DNA of 64,000 nucleotides from an uncultured candidate division Zixibacteria bacterium (GTDB taxonomy: Bacteria; Zixibacteria; MSB-5A5; UBA10806; 4484-95): assembly GCA_963668625.2 (NCBI GenBank), contig CAXXKA010000008.1:1056001-1120000 (forward strand). Direction: 5' to 3'. Both the position numbers and the translations under genes were made by a program. Shown here in pieces: positions 50,537 through 61,982 of this stretch. The stretch's first letter is position 1, and each line of letters opens with the position of its first letter. Below the pieces are notes generated by a model. The model did not search any database and had not been told where the DNA came from. It worked only from the letters and a program-made list of their open reading frames with translations.

Positions 50537-52807
50537 CTACGCCTTTATTAATTTTTTGTAGCTGTCCTTGTTATTAGTGTATACCGCCTGGTGTATTTTA
50601 TCTTTCCATGCCTCCAGGGCGATACTTTCATTGGTATTGATCTGCCTCAGCGTTTTGCGAAGATCGCTTATTTCGTAAATTTCCAACTCTCTGAATTTTG
50701 CGAGGTACTTGTCGAGAAGAATCTTTTCATCATTACTAAACTCTATATCGGTATTCTCAACCGATGCTGGAGTAGGTTTGGCGGCGGAGGCTTTATCCGA
50801 CAGGCTAACAGTGAACCAGAAAGTGGTCCCCTCGTGAGGCCTGGATTCGATCCAAATTCGTCCGCCGTGCGATTCGATCGCCATTTTACAGAATGTGAGA
50901 CCCAGGCCGGTAGAGCGTACCTTACCGGCCTGTTTGGGAGCGACCTGTTGAAATTTCTCGAATACTTTCTTTAAATTATCCTCGTTTATACCCTCACCGT
51001 TGTCGCTTACCGAAACTTTCACCCGGTCACCCTCGACCGCAAGTGAGTCTAACACTATGCGGCCGTTCTGGGGTGTGTATTTAATCGAGTTGGTGAGAAG
51101 ATTTACGAATACCCTTTCGATTATATCGTTATCAACACTTACAGTTAAATTATTCGCGATATTGTTATCTATCGTTATACCTTTCTCGTGGCTAAGGAAA
51201 TTTATCTGCTTGATAGCGTTCACTCCGACTTGATACAAATTGATATCATTTATCTCGAGATTCATCTTGGAATCCTCGAATTTCTGGACATCCAGAATAT
51301 TAGTCACCATGTTCAGCATTTGAAGAGAAGCCTGGTAGATAATATTTTGTGAAATATTTTCACGTGCCTGGGAATAGTTGAGTATGGCGCCCAGTGGATT
51401 TTTCAAATCATGAACGATCATTCCGGTCATGGCCTCTTTGAACCTGTCGAGCTCGATAAGTTTATCGTTAGCCGATTTTAATTCGCCGGCCTGTTTTTCA
51501 ATCTTGGCTTTTTGCTTATTCAACACCCGGTTAGCTTTTTTCTTACCGTTATATGCCCTGATTACGAATACCGCGAACCCGATCATCAGCATTAAACCGA
51601 TTCCGATCGAGAACGTGAGGGTGCGCTGCTTGTTGATAGTTGCCTGCTGAACTTCTTTTTCTTTGCGAAGTAGCTCGTTTTCCTGTTCTTTTTTATCGGT
51701 GTCGTATTTGGTTTGCATGTCGGCTATCTTGTTGCTGCTTTTCTCGTTGAAAATCGAATCTTTCATGGCCGTGTATTGTTTATAATATTGCAGCGCGTTT
51801 TCAAAATCCATCTGGTCGGCGCGAAGTTTTGAGAGGCAATCGTAGTTTTCCATTAGCATATCTTTGGCGCCGATTTCCAACGAATAAATCAGGCTCTGGT
51901 TCAAGTATTTGGACGCTTCCTCGTAATTTTGAAGGCGGCGGAAAAGATCACCGATATTATTCGTGGTTATGGATAGGCCATAAGTATCCTTAAGCTCCAT
52001 CTCGATTTTAAATGATTCGAGGTAATGAGTAAGAGCCTGATCGTGATCTTTTAAATCATCATAGGCGTAGCCGATATTCAGTAGAGCGTCACCAATGCCG
52101 AATTTGTCATTGATTTTGCGATTCAACTCCAAGCATTCATGATAGAACATTAGCGCTTTATGATAGTCTTTCTCCTCGGAATATACGTTGCCTAAATTAT
52201 TGAGACACAAAGCCGCGCCGGAAGAGTCGTTTAAAATCTGGAACAGGTTCAGTGATTTTTTATAGTAATCCAGCGCTTTATCGTTTTTACCCAATATATT
52301 ATATATAGTGCCGATATTTACGAAAGAAGCCGCTATACCGCTGGTATCGTTGATTTCCTCATATATTTTCATTGATTGAAGATAATATTGGAGGCCTGTA
52401 TCATACTCATCCCGATCCAGGTAATTTACACCGATATTGTTCAAGACATTCGCCTCGCCCTCTTTGTTATCGATTGCCTGGTAGATTTGTAACGCTTCAT
52501 CGTAATAACGAAGGGATTCCTTGATTTTATACATATTGGAATATCCAACGCCGATATTTTTGCGAGCCGTCGCTTCACCCATCTTGTCATCGCAGCGAAG
52601 CGCCAACTCCAGCGCCTGATAGCCATATTCTATTGTTTGTTCGGTTGAAATGCTCCAGGAGGCCCGGGAAAGATCGTTGAGGATTTGTACTTTTTCGGTG
52701 CCATCTACGATAGGTAATAACCTTCGCAGGCTGTCTGCCACACTGTGGGCCGATATAGAACCCATCAGAAGAAATGTCATTACTATTACGGTTATAAGAT
52801 GTTTCAT
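50537..52807 (-). CDS. TPR-repeat membrane sensor histidine kinase
   Basis: Signal peptide, repeated NNIG..Y TPR units, TM, HDLKNPL, NLLTNSIKY, DNGEG, GLGL. Confidence 0.93.
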   Translation of the reverse strand: MKHLITVIVMTFLLMGSISAHSVADSLRRLLPIVDGTEKVQILNDLSRASWSISTEQTIEYGYQALELALRCDDKMGEATARKNIGVGYSNMYKIKESLRYYDEALQIYQAIDNKEGEANVLNNIGVNYLDRDEYDTGLQYYLQSMKIYEEINDTSGIAASFVNIGTIYNILGKNDKALDYYKKSLNLFQILNDSSGAALCLNNLGNVYSEEKDYHKALMFYHECLELNRKINDKFGIGDALLNIGYAYDDLKDHDQALTHYLESFKIEMELKDTYGLSITTNNIGDLFRRLQNYEEASKYLNQSLIYSLEIGAKDMLMENYDCLSKLRADQMDFENALQYYKQYTAMKDSIFNEKSSNKIADMQTKYDTDKKEQENELLRKEKEVQQATINKQRTLTFSIGIGLMLMIGFAVFVIRAYNGKKKANRVLNKQKAKIEKQAGELKSANDKLIELDRFKEAMTGMIVHDLKNPLGAILNYSQARENISQNIIYQASLQMLNMVTNILDVQKFEDSKMNLEINDINLYQVGVNAIKQINFLSHEKGITIDNNIANNLTVSVDNDIIERVFVNLLTNSIKYTPQNGRIVLDSLAVEGDRVKVSVSDNGEGINEDNLKKVFEKFQQVAPKQAGKVRSTGLGLTFCKMAIESHGGRIWIESRPHEGTTFWFTVSLSDKASAAKPTPASVENTDIEFSNDEKILLDKYLAKFRELEIYEISDLRKTLRQINTNESIALEAWKDKIHQAVYTNNKDSYKKLIKA

Positions 52808-53269
52808 CAAAGAAGTATCCTGACTATTCAACAACGTGTGTTGACGTTTCCCCTCCGGTTATTTAATTGTTCAACTGGCAATACTATTATCAATCTATAT
52901 GCCGAAAAACACCGGAGCTGTTTCATATTCATACATTTAATGTAAAGTATTTAATGACAACATGATAGGCGTTGCTATAAACCGTTGTATCGGCCTATAA
53001 ATGGCTAATTTTCAGGCTAAAATATGGGGAATATCCAATACCCTTTGAGTTCATACGATAGTTTTGGATTATTATATCGTTATTTTGCGATTTTAGCATT
53101 ACGGATAATTATATAAGGTTTAGTTTACAAGCACATGCGTTGTCCAGATAAAGATGTAACCTTATCTTGGCCATGACGTAATTATAATAAACATATCATT
53201 CGTATATTTGATAATCGAATTAATATCCCTGGAATTTATCCGAACAGAAATTTCATTAAAATCGTATAT

Positions 53270-54226
53270 ATGGAGGATTGGATGAATTTATTTTTGCGCT
53301 CGATATCGTTGACTATTATTGCCCTGATATCGATTACAACCTGCCAGAAATCCGATAACAGTGCCTTGATCCGAAAAGAAGGTATAGCGATACGTTTCTA
53401 TCTTGACCGTAACCGCGTAATTATTCCAGTCAGCGTTAACGGTTCGAAGGAATTAAATATAATCCTGGATACGGGAATGCGATTCGACGGCGTTTATCTT
53501 TTCCACGAGGAGTTAGTCGGCGAGATAGATACGGCAGGGGCAATTGAGGTGCGTGTACCCGGCGCGGGTGCGGGTGAGGCCTCAACCGCGACTATGATCG
53601 AAACCGGACATATCAAGTTCGGCGAGGTCGAGTTGGACAGTCAACGAGTGATTATCTCCAGGAGCCCGCATACCCAGACTTTCCCCACCGATGGCGTAAT
53701 CGGTTGGAATTTGTTCGGTCACTATACGGTGGAGATAAACTACGATCACGAATATATTATCCTTCATGATACGACCGGATACGAGGCCGATGCCTCCTGG
53801 CATGAGGTACCGGTTAATATGGTTGATGGCATGCCTTTTTTCGATTGCCGGGTAGAGGTGTTGGGTGGGGATGATGTGGCTTTGAACACGTATATCGATT
53901 TAGCCTCGGGGGACGCCCTGGAATTGTTGACGGGCGCCGATCAAAAATTCAAAATGCCTGATAATTTAATAGATGATTATCTTGGCACCGGTTTGAGCGG
54001 TGATATTCACGGCCAGCGAGGAAAAGCCAGTAAATTAACTTTCGGCGGATTTACCCTTCACGATATTACCACTCAATTCGCTCCCACCGATGTTCGTTCC
54101 AAACAGGACGGCAGTGAAGCTATACTAGGCAATGATGCGGTTCGGCGATTTAATATCGTGTTTGACTACGCACATTGTCGGCTGTTCATAAAACCCAGCA
54201 AATACTTTACGATATCTTTTGATTGA
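53270..54226 (+). CDS. Secreted retropepsin-like aspartyl protease (two lobes)
   Basis: ILDTG, DGVIGWNLF, YIDLASG, ILGN...RRFNIVFDY. Confidence 0.8.
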   Translation: MEDWMNLFLRSISLTIIALISITTCQKSDNSALIRKEGIAIRFYLDRNRVIIPVSVNGSKELNIILDTGMRFDGVYLFHEELVGEIDTAGAIEVRVPGAGAGEASTATMIETGHIKFGEVELDSQRVIISRSPHTQTFPTDGVIGWNLFGHYTVEINYDHEYIILHDTTGYEADASWHEVPVNMVDGMPFFDCRVEVLGGDDVALNTYIDLASGDALELLTGADQKFKMPDNLIDDYLGTGLSGDIHGQRGKASKLTFGGFTLHDITTQFAPTDVRSKQDGSEAILGNDAVRRFNIVFDYAHCRLFIKPSKYFTISFD

Positions 54227-54235
54227 TGAGATATA

Positions 54236-55423
54236 TCAGGCGGTGACTAGCCTGTGAACGGTGATCTCCGACCGGGCGCCTATACGTATCTGCGGCCCCC
54301 AGAACCCAGTCCCTTTGCTGACATAGAGCGCCATCCCGTTATGCCTGTTGAATCCGGACATATAGGGTTGTGCCAGCGCCACCAGAAAATGATAAGGGAA
54401 ATACTGTCCGCCATGAGTATGGCCCGAGATCATGTAGTCGAAACCGGCCTTGTCCGCCTCGAATATGCTTTTGGGCTGATGCGCTAGCAATATCTTTGGC
54501 GAATTCTCCGGGGCGCCAGCCATGGCTTTTCGAGGGTCTGTGCCATGTCCCGGGTGTGAATGGCCGGCGGAGTAATCGGTCACTCCGGCAAGCGTAAGTT
54601 TATCATTGCCGATAGATATGATTTCATGTTCGTTGATAAGAGTCTTGAATCCCAGCCGCGATATCTCTTTTAGCCATTTATCTATTCCCGAATAATAATC
54701 ATGATTGCCAGTTACGAAATACAGTCCGTGTTTTGCCTGAAGATCGGCCAGCGGAGCGACATCATAGCCAAGTTGCCCGACCGAGCCATCTACCAGATCG
54801 CCGGTTAAGGCTACTATATCAGGATTTAAACCGTTAACCTGCTCTACTATATTTTCGACGAAAGGCCGTTTGATGTTATGGCTGACATGAATATCGGTAA
54901 TCTGCGCGATAGTCAGACCGTTTAGCGAATCGGGCAGGCCTTTAAGGGGGACATCCACAGTGACAATGTTGGGTTTGCGATAAGCGCCGTAAAGCCCGTA
55001 ACCGATCATAGCGCCGGTAACACCGACAATACCGAGGTTAACCGAGTTTACGAGTAAAGCGCGTCGGGAAGGATCTACCGCATCCGCGGCAAGGTTTTTC
55101 GATTCCGAACCGAAAACGCCGGTGAGTTTGATTATACCTATCGTGATCAGAAACACGATATCCTTAACCAGCATGAACGCGAACAGTATGGTGAAAAAGC
55201 CGAAACTGAGATAGCCGATTCGAGCGGCTGTACCGATCCATTCGCCCTCGATGCCGTTGAATCGCATTATATGAGGCAGGAAAGGTAGGATAAGGCTAAT
55301 TGCCAGTACCAGCCATAATACAATACTAATAGGCAGGCCGAATGCGGCGGGAATAATTATTCGCCAGCCGATATAGCCGTACATCAGAGAAAACACTATT
55401 ATTACAATCAGTAGAAACGACAT
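54236..55423 (-). CDS. Membrane-anchored metallophosphoesterase (YkuE-like)
   Basis: DIH, TGDLVDG, GNHD, LAHQP, SGHTHGGQ. Confidence 0.93.
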   Translation of the reverse strand: MSFLLIVIIVFSLMYGYIGWRIIIPAAFGLPISIVLWLVLAISLILPFLPHIMRFNGIEGEWIGTAARIGYLSFGFFTILFAFMLVKDIVFLITIGIIKLTGVFGSESKNLAADAVDPSRRALLVNSVNLGIVGVTGAMIGYGLYGAYRKPNIVTVDVPLKGLPDSLNGLTIAQITDIHVSHNIKRPFVENIVEQVNGLNPDIVALTGDLVDGSVGQLGYDVAPLADLQAKHGLYFVTGNHDYYSGIDKWLKEISRLGFKTLINEHEIISIGNDKLTLAGVTDYSAGHSHPGHGTDPRKAMAGAPENSPKILLAHQPKSIFEADKAGFDYMISGHTHGGQYFPYHFLVALAQPYMSGFNRHNGMALYVSKGTGFWGPQIRIGARSEITVHRLVTA

Positions 55424-55509
55424 TTAAACCTTAGAGCCTTAAACCTGCGGGCCAGGTTTCTTGTTCCAGACATTAATTAAAAACAATTCGAGTGTATCAC
55501 TATTTTATT

Positions 55510-56829
55510 TTATTCAATATGTGTTTTTTGCTCTTCGAGCGCTTTATCAATTTCGGCAATTGCCCGGCGGTCTAAATCCAAGGCCTCCTTAAGAACCGCT
55601 ATTTCCCGTTTACGTAACGCAGTATTCCGGTCATTTATCCCTTTAGCGCCTTTCGAGACAAAGATCGGGTATGTTTCGCGCGCCTCGGCTAACAACCTGT
55701 ATTGATTATTATATATAACGGCTGCGTTTTTCAAATAGCCGGATATTTCGGTTGAAAAAAAATGTGCATGGCTATCGAGGAAAATACCGGCCTGTTTGCG
55801 CGAGTCTACCAGGGAGAGGAAACACCAGTTACTAACTCTATAAAGTAACTCACGTTGTCCATCGGTGAAACTATCTGCCCGGATTAGATCATCCATCCAG
55901 GTTTTAAAAGCTAAATCGCCGAATAGGTAGCTATGCTCTCGTTTCTCAGGATAATCAGGTGGAGTCCACGAACGCTGCCGCCAGCCATATAGCGACAGAG
56001 CGTTGATCACGCTGTCGGCAGTATCAATATCGCTATTATGTGAAACAGGAATTATTATCATTCTCTCGATTTGACTTTTAGGCAGCCTTAACGCTTTTGG
56101 GGAATTATACGAATTCCACAGGAAATAGATACCATCCTTAGCTATTTCATATCCCTGAAGAACAGCTACATCGAGATCATTAGCATGGCCGATGACGGGT
56201 ATACCTATATCAATCGAGTGAATGATTTTGTCGTACAGGCGGCTCAACTCCTGATCGCTTAAAGTCGGCTTATCGTAAATATCGAAAAGCCAACCGGTGT
56301 TAGCTTGGGTAGCCTTCATCTCCTCGGGAAATTCGCCGGTGGGGCTTGAAAAACACCACTCGGGTATATCCGTGCGACGGTACCATCTCAGGCGAAACGC
56401 CAGGCCCGAGAATCCCATGATATCGGCGTAGGTAAGGGGATATTCGGTCACTGATAAGGCTGAGGACAGCGCTCCGGCATAGGTGGTGGCGCCCGAATGC
56501 TCCCACGAGAGTTTGGGGAGATTCTCGATAAACACTCGCCGGCTATTATAGTTCGATATGGAATTATCCGTATCGTCGATTAAGCTACGTACGTGTTTAA
56601 TCATGGCATCCCAGCTTTTAAAGCCGTAATCGATCGCCAGTGCGAACTGTACCTCATTTAAAGCCGTATTTTCCGCCAGTATTTTTTCATCGCTGAGTGA
56701 CTTATAACGGTTGAGTTTTTTTAAAACATCGCAAACCGATTTGTCGCCCGCACTTTGACGTTTTAGGATATCTTTAGCCTGATTCTTTAAATGAGCGATG
56801 TTGGGTTTTGGGGGCAATGAACGTGACAT
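55510..56829 (-). CDS. Hypothetical protein with N-terminal LP..P....LK.QAK...Q..LA.DYGF.SW domain
   Basis: N-terminal domain of a type seen on ankyrin/glyoxalase-like fusions; start ATG 56829 after AAAGGAG. Confidence 0.7.
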   Translation of the reverse strand: MSRSLPPKPNIAHLKNQAKDILKRQSAGDKSVCDVLKKLNRYKSLSDEKILAENTALNEVQFALAIDYGFKSWDAMIKHVRSLIDDTDNSISNYNSRRVFIENLPKLSWEHSGATTYAGALSSALSVTEYPLTYADIMGFSGLAFRLRWYRRTDIPEWCFSSPTGEFPEEMKATQANTGWLFDIYDKPTLSDQELSRLYDKIIHSIDIGIPVIGHANDLDVAVLQGYEIAKDGIYFLWNSYNSPKALRLPKSQIERMIIIPVSHNSDIDTADSVINALSLYGWRQRSWTPPDYPEKREHSYLFGDLAFKTWMDDLIRADSFTDGQRELLYRVSNWCFLSLVDSRKQAGIFLDSHAHFFSTEISGYLKNAAVIYNNQYRLLAEARETYPIFVSKGAKGINDRNTALRKREIAVLKEALDLDRRAIAEIDKALEEQKTHIE

Positions 56830-56850
56830 AACAACTCCTTTCGACACTTG

Positions 56851-56949
56851 CCGGGGTCTGTAATATCTGGCAGAAAGTAAGTTGTAATATATAACCTATA
56901 CAGGTGAACTTCGTTCTTCCCACAGACCGAGGAGGCGGCCATCTCCGCC
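56851..56949 (-). ncRNA. Candidate cis-regulatory leader RNA
   Basis: GGCGG/CCGCC hairpin, GGTCTGT/ACAGACC enclosing stem, GAAC-gaa-GTTC hairpin; promoter TTGACT-16-TATATT just upstream. Confidence 0.5.
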
Positions 56950-57015
56950 CGTATGGTTAAATATACTTATCAGCGTTAATGAGTCAATATTTATTTATAC
57001 TGTGCCTTAAACAGC

Positions 57016-57042
57016 AAACCGTTGGGAAAGGATTCCCAACGG
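57016..57042 (-). terminator. Intrinsic terminator
   Basis: CCGTTGGGAA-agga-TTCCCAACGG 10-bp stem, T-rich tail on the minus strand. Confidence 0.75.
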
Positions 57043-57078
57043 CTCTATGTATTTATCGGTTAGTACTATATAATACTA

Positions 57079-59517
57079 TTACATGTTCCACCAATAGCTG
57101 GCTTTAATGAGAAATACGTTCTCGGCATCCCCGGAAAACAGATTCTCCAGGTCGCGGGAGAATTCCAGGTTATTCAGGGCGCTGTTGGATTCGGACATCG
57201 CTCTTGTCCATACCAGATACAACGTTGATCCCGGCCGGTATTCCCATCTGAGAATGAATGTAGAGTTGAGTGCCGAGTAGTTAAAATCTTCCTCATCCTC
57301 CAGCGGATATGATGCGTAGTTTTCACTACCGAGGTAACGCCTGTAATCGCGGTAGTCTATACCTGAGATATACCCCTGTCCGGAAAGTTGCATGGATAGA
57401 TCGCGAGTTAAAACAACGCTGGCGGTCAAACGCAATACGACCTCATCCTGATACATATCGGCGAATATCGAGGTGTCGGCCTCATTGGCCACCCACATTA
57501 TTTGATGGAAAGAGCGTATGTAATTAGTACCGGCATCGAAAGTGATATTGCCCGCCGGCCTGTAAGTAACGCCGGTCCAGTTGGCCCACCAGTGACCGTA
57601 TCTAGCCTCGCCGCTGCCGGGATTGATATTGAACGACCATGTTTTACGCGGATCGGTACTCAGCGAGGACCACCAGCTCCACGAGTCGGTTCTTTTCCAT
57701 GGTCCATTGCCGCGAGTCTCTTTATCATCATACTCCGCCAGTTCAAGCTCGGCGCCACCGCTGAAAGTCCAGTTATTTTGAAGATCCCAGGTGAAATTAA
57801 AATTACCGCATTTGCTGATATTGTATCCGGCATAATTCCAGTAACCGTAAAGGTTGATATTATTCCAGGAATTACGGACAATCCACCAATCATCGGTGGT
57901 GCGGTATTGTAGCCAAAGCACACCACCGCGCCTGTCATTTCTGGAGGTGTACCCTAGCCGGTTTATCTCGAGATTAGGATCTTTCACACTGAATCCGATA
58001 GAGCCCCGGAAATGATCACCAGCGGTTTTCTCCAGATCGGTAACCATGCCGAATCCTTCTTTTTTACCATGGACACTGCTAAATATGGTTTGACCGTAAA
58101 GCGACCAGGTTCCGCTGGGGGTGAATAACCTCCAATCTGCGCCGCCTGTTGTTACCGGATGCCTGTTATCCTGGGTGGCAAGCGTTAACATACCGCCGAT
58201 GTTGGAGTTCGAGAAAATATCCTGTTGCAAGCGCAGCACCGAGCAATTTGCCATAGGCTCGACAATGCCATCCAACTCATTACCGGAAGTATCCGTATAT
58301 TCGGCTTTCTCCTCCTGAGTCATGGCGTTCAAGAAAGCTATGGAAGTACCCGTGTTGAGTTTTCCCGTTATTTTGGCCGCGCCCAGTATGGTCACTGCGT
58401 TCGGATAATTCGTATAATAATCGAAATTCGGGTCGTATGAATCGTCATCCTCATCTTCTATATCGCCCAAAGGCGCTCGACCGATACGTCTGGAATAGAA
58501 CAGCGTGAACGGGGTATCGAACAGGTTAGCCCCCTCCAGGAAGAACGGACGTTTCTCGTCATAGTATGTTTCATAAGCGGTCAAATTCAGCACCGGTTCA
58601 TCCAGTTCAACCTGCCCGAAATCGGGATTGATAGCGGCATCCAGAATAAGGTTGGACGACAGACCATATTTCAAATCGAATCCCGTATTGCTCATATAAT
58701 CCCTGCCATCAGGATTACCCTCATTCTTTTTTTCAGTCTCGATTCCACCGACGGCATAGGGTAATATCTCCAGGTGGCGTGATGGTTTTATTCCTTTCAA
58801 ACCTGTCAGATGTCCAAAACGAGAGACAAAGCCCTGTTTTGAGGAGGGGGAATGAGCCCACCAGGGAGATTCATTTCGGCGACTTATATAGCGGGTGACG
58901 TTCATGCCCCAGGTGTGTTCATCCTGCTCGGCAAAACGCAGGCAGTGGAACGGTATCATTATCTCGGCGCTCCATCCCCAGGGTTGGGCTTTTACTCCGG
59001 ACATCCATACGCCATCCCAGGAGTAATCTGTCCAGGTATCGTTATATAAACGGCAATCTCGTTGAACGCCGGCGGCGCTTAAATCGAATCGATAACCTGT
59101 TTGATGATCGTGGTATGGATCGAGCCTGACAGTGACGACATCAGACTCACCCCAGCGGTCGCGTCGCACTAACTGACGATGAATTTGCTCGGGATCATCA
59201 TCATAGCACCAGAAAGCGAAATACATAGCGTGATCATCATAAACAACCGCTACCAGCGTTGATTCGGTGGCCGGCTTGCCATCCTCCGGCTCACGTTGAA
59301 TGAAGTTACGAGCGATATCAAGAGTTTTATTTTTCCAAATCTCATCATCAAGGTTGCCATCAATAACAGGAGCCTTACCGTTAACTCGCGTTGCCCGGAG
59401 TTCAGGAACAGAGGGGGCAATAGTTTCATCATCCTGGGCTATGGCAGTTGAGTAAATAACAGAGAAAAAACAGAATAAAAAAATACAACGATACAAATAA
59501 TAATGAGCATGATTCAT
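57079..59517 (-). CDS. CBM9-like/DUF5916 outer-membrane protein
   Basis: IDGNLDDEIW, GWSAEIMIPF..LRF, INPDFGQVELD, EKRPFFLEG, FYSRRIG, C-terminal IKASYWW. Confidence 0.88.
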   Translation of the reverse strand: MNHAHYYLYRCIFLFCFFSVIYSTAIAQDDETIAPSVPELRATRVNGKAPVIDGNLDDEIWKNKTLDIARNFIQREPEDGKPATESTLVAVVYDDHAMYFAFWCYDDDPEQIHRQLVRRDRWGESDVVTVRLDPYHDHQTGYRFDLSAAGVQRDCRLYNDTWTDYSWDGVWMSGVKAQPWGWSAEIMIPFHCLRFAEQDEHTWGMNVTRYISRRNESPWWAHSPSSKQGFVSRFGHLTGLKGIKPSRHLEILPYAVGGIETEKKNEGNPDGRDYMSNTGFDLKYGLSSNLILDAAINPDFGQVELDEPVLNLTAYETYYDEKRPFFLEGANLFDTPFTLFYSRRIGRAPLGDIEDEDDDSYDPNFDYYTNYPNAVTILGAAKITGKLNTGTSIAFLNAMTQEEKAEYTDTSGNELDGIVEPMANCSVLRLQQDIFSNSNIGGMLTLATQDNRHPVTTGGADWRLFTPSGTWSLYGQTIFSSVHGKKEGFGMVTDLEKTAGDHFRGSIGFSVKDPNLEINRLGYTSRNDRRGGVLWLQYRTTDDWWIVRNSWNNINLYGYWNYAGYNISKCGNFNFTWDLQNNWTFSGGAELELAEYDDKETRGNGPWKRTDSWSWWSSLSTDPRKTWSFNINPGSGEARYGHWWANWTGVTYRPAGNITFDAGTNYIRSFHQIMWVANEADTSIFADMYQDEVVLRLTASVVLTRDLSMQLSGQGYISGIDYRDYRRYLGSENYASYPLEDEEDFNYSALNSTFILRWEYRPGSTLYLVWTRAMSESNSALNNLEFSRDLENLFSGDAENVFLIKASYWWNM

Positions 59518-59807
59518 GTTACTCTCTCCATTACAACTGGTTTGCAATACTTCTTACCATCTGAATTACGAAGCAATTCGTGGAAGGTTACATTTTTTTT
59601 CATGATTGTGTGAATGGCACTTAGAAAAAAGCTAATTATGAGTCCTATATTATATTAAATGGTTACTATGTTCTTATTTGGTACAACTATTATATTATTG
59701 TCGATTTTTATTATGCTTTTAGTAGTTTTGTTTCAAGGTATTGCCCAATATATCGATACTAGATATAGCAATTATCAATAGGAAATATCATTTAAAACCT
59801 GATACTT

Positions 59808-61982
59808 GTGAAAAATTTAACTATGAGTGCAAAACTGAAAACTGAACGGACCGCTATCCTAAAACAATGTTCTAATTTGAATTGTCCGGGTCGGCAGGGG
59901 AATAATGACCCTGAGGTACATTTACTGGATGTGGTTGATTTTAAGAGCATTCAGTCAATCCAGGATTCGTTCGCTAAGGTGACTGGTGTGTCCACTATTA
60001 TCGTTGATCTTGAGGGTGAATTAATCACTCGACCAAGCAATTTTTCTGAGGTTTGTGAGATAGCCCAGGAGACAAGAGCAGGAAGGGAAAGATGCGAGCG
60101 CTCGAATAATATAAGATCGGAAAAATCATTAGCCAGCATTAAACCGATTTTTCACAAATGCCTGGCTTGCGGTTTTGTCGATGGCAGCGTACCGATATAT
60201 ATCGGCGATATGCATGTTGCTAACTGGCTGGTAGGTCAATGTAATGCTGCCGGTGTGACTCGAGAGGATATTGCCCGATATGCCGATGAGATCGGGGCGG
60301 ATAAAAAGCGGATGTTGAGAGCTTTCGATAAGATGCCGGAAGTAACAATTGAAAGATTCGAAAGTATTCTCGATTTACATTATCAAATCGCGAGTGAGTT
60401 TTCCAGGTTAAGTATGAATAACTTATTGCTAAAAAAAGAGATTGCCGCCAAAGAGCTTATAGCCTCCCAACTGGAGACCTCCGAAAGTTACCTGAATGAA
60501 TGTTTCGATTCGGTAATGGAGGCAATCATAATAATCGATTTGGATAATATCATTCAGTTTGCTAATAAGCCTGCGGCCGAACTTTTTGGTACCGATTCTC
60601 TGGATGATCTAATCGGGAAGACGGTAATGAATTTTATCGAAAACGAGTACAAAGAGATTGCCAGGAATGAATGGGAAAGACGCAAGCAGGGGAAATCCTC
60701 GAAATATGAAATAAAACTGAAAAACAACCATGGACAGATACTTAATTTGCTGGTGTCCTCAACGCCCCGTTATAATAGAAAAGGCGAATTCATCGGAGCT
60801 TTCGCCTCGGTTATCGATATTACGGAACAGAAAAGGCTGCAGGAATATCTCTCCCGGGCACAGCGTCTGGAAACAGCCGGAAGAATAGCGGCACAGGTCG
60901 CTCATGATTTCAACAACCTGCTCGGACCACTCGTTGCTTATCCTGAGATTATATGTAAGTATCTTCACGAGGATAGCCCCGCCTTACAATTACTTCAGGA
61001 TATGGATAAATCAGCTTCCCTGATGGCGGAAATCAATCAGCAACTTCTAACTTTGGGCAGGCGAGGCCATTATAATTTCGAGACAGTGGATATCAACGAG
61101 ATTATCTTGCAGTCGCTGGAGAATTTAAGCAATTGCCTGGATGGAATCGAAGTTGATCTGAACTTATCCAGTGACGTGATGGGAATAAAAGGAGGAGGTT
61201 CACAGTTAATTCGAGTTGTAACGAATTTGCTTAACAACTCAATTGATGCCCTCAATGGCGAAGGCCATCTCCTGATCAATACCGAAAATTTCTATATTGA
61301 TGATAATTGTAGCGAGAATTTCCAGATACCTAATGGGGATTATATCAAGATAACGATTTTGGATAACGGTTGCGGTATAGAAGCCGGTCTATTACCGTTG
61401 ATATACGATCCGTTTTTCACCACCAAAAAATCGGATATCAAACGAGGTTCAGGGCTCGGGTTAAGCGTGGTTCATTCGGTTGTCCAAGACCATAACGGCT
61501 ATATCAATATCGAATCTAAATCCGGCGAGGGAACCTCGGTATACCTGTATTTTCCATCGGTGCAAGTGAAGACCAGGGAGATTTCCGAGGTCGGTAATAT
61601 TATTGGCCATGAGAAATTACTTGTAGTAGATGATGACGCGGTACAACGGTCGGTTGCCGAAAACCTCTTGGCTGATCTTGGTTATCAGGTTAGTCTTTGC
61701 AGATCGGGAGAGGAGGCAGTATATCATATTCGGAATAATGATTACGATATCGTGATTTTGGATATGATTATGCCCAACGGTATGGATGGCGCTCGGACGT
61801 TCGAAGAGATTCTCAAAATAAAGCCGAACCAGAAAGCTCTTATAGTTTCCGGTTATGCCCAATCCGATAGGGTGGAGAAAGCCCGTAAACTGGGTATCGG
61901 CGGATTCGTCGGAAAACCGTTGAAGGCTTGTGATATTGGCAAGGCAATCAGAAACCTGATCGATAACGACAAAAAACAGTAG
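59808..61982 (+). CDS. Hybrid sensor kinase PocR-PAS-HisKA-HATPase-REC
   Basis: PocR Cys pattern (FSEVC..C..KCLACGFVD..VPI..WL.GQ), PAS, AHDFNNLL, DPFFTTK, GSGLGL, LDMIMP. Confidence 0.92.
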   Translation: MKNLTMSAKLKTERTAILKQCSNLNCPGRQGNNDPEVHLLDVVDFKSIQSIQDSFAKVTGVSTIIVDLEGELITRPSNFSEVCEIAQETRAGRERCERSNNIRSEKSLASIKPIFHKCLACGFVDGSVPIYIGDMHVANWLVGQCNAAGVTREDIARYADEIGADKKRMLRAFDKMPEVTIERFESILDLHYQIASEFSRLSMNNLLLKKEIAAKELIASQLETSESYLNECFDSVMEAIIIIDLDNIIQFANKPAAELFGTDSLDDLIGKTVMNFIENEYKEIARNEWERRKQGKSSKYEIKLKNNHGQILNLLVSSTPRYNRKGEFIGAFASVIDITEQKRLQEYLSRAQRLETAGRIAAQVAHDFNNLLGPLVAYPEIICKYLHEDSPALQLLQDMDKSASLMAEINQQLLTLGRRGHYNFETVDINEIILQSLENLSNCLDGIEVDLNLSSDVMGIKGGGSQLIRVVTNLLNNSIDALNGEGHLLINTENFYIDDNCSENFQIPNGDYIKITILDNGCGIEAGLLPLIYDPFFTTKKSDIKRGSGLGLSVVHSVVQDHNGYINIESKSGEGTSVYLYFPSVQVKTREISEVGNIIGHEKLLVVDDDAVQRSVAENLLADLGYQVSLCRSGEEAVYHIRNNDYDIVILDMIMPNGMDGARTFEEILKIKPNQKALIVSGYAQSDRVEKARKLGIGGFVGKPLKACDIGKAIRNLIDNDKKQ

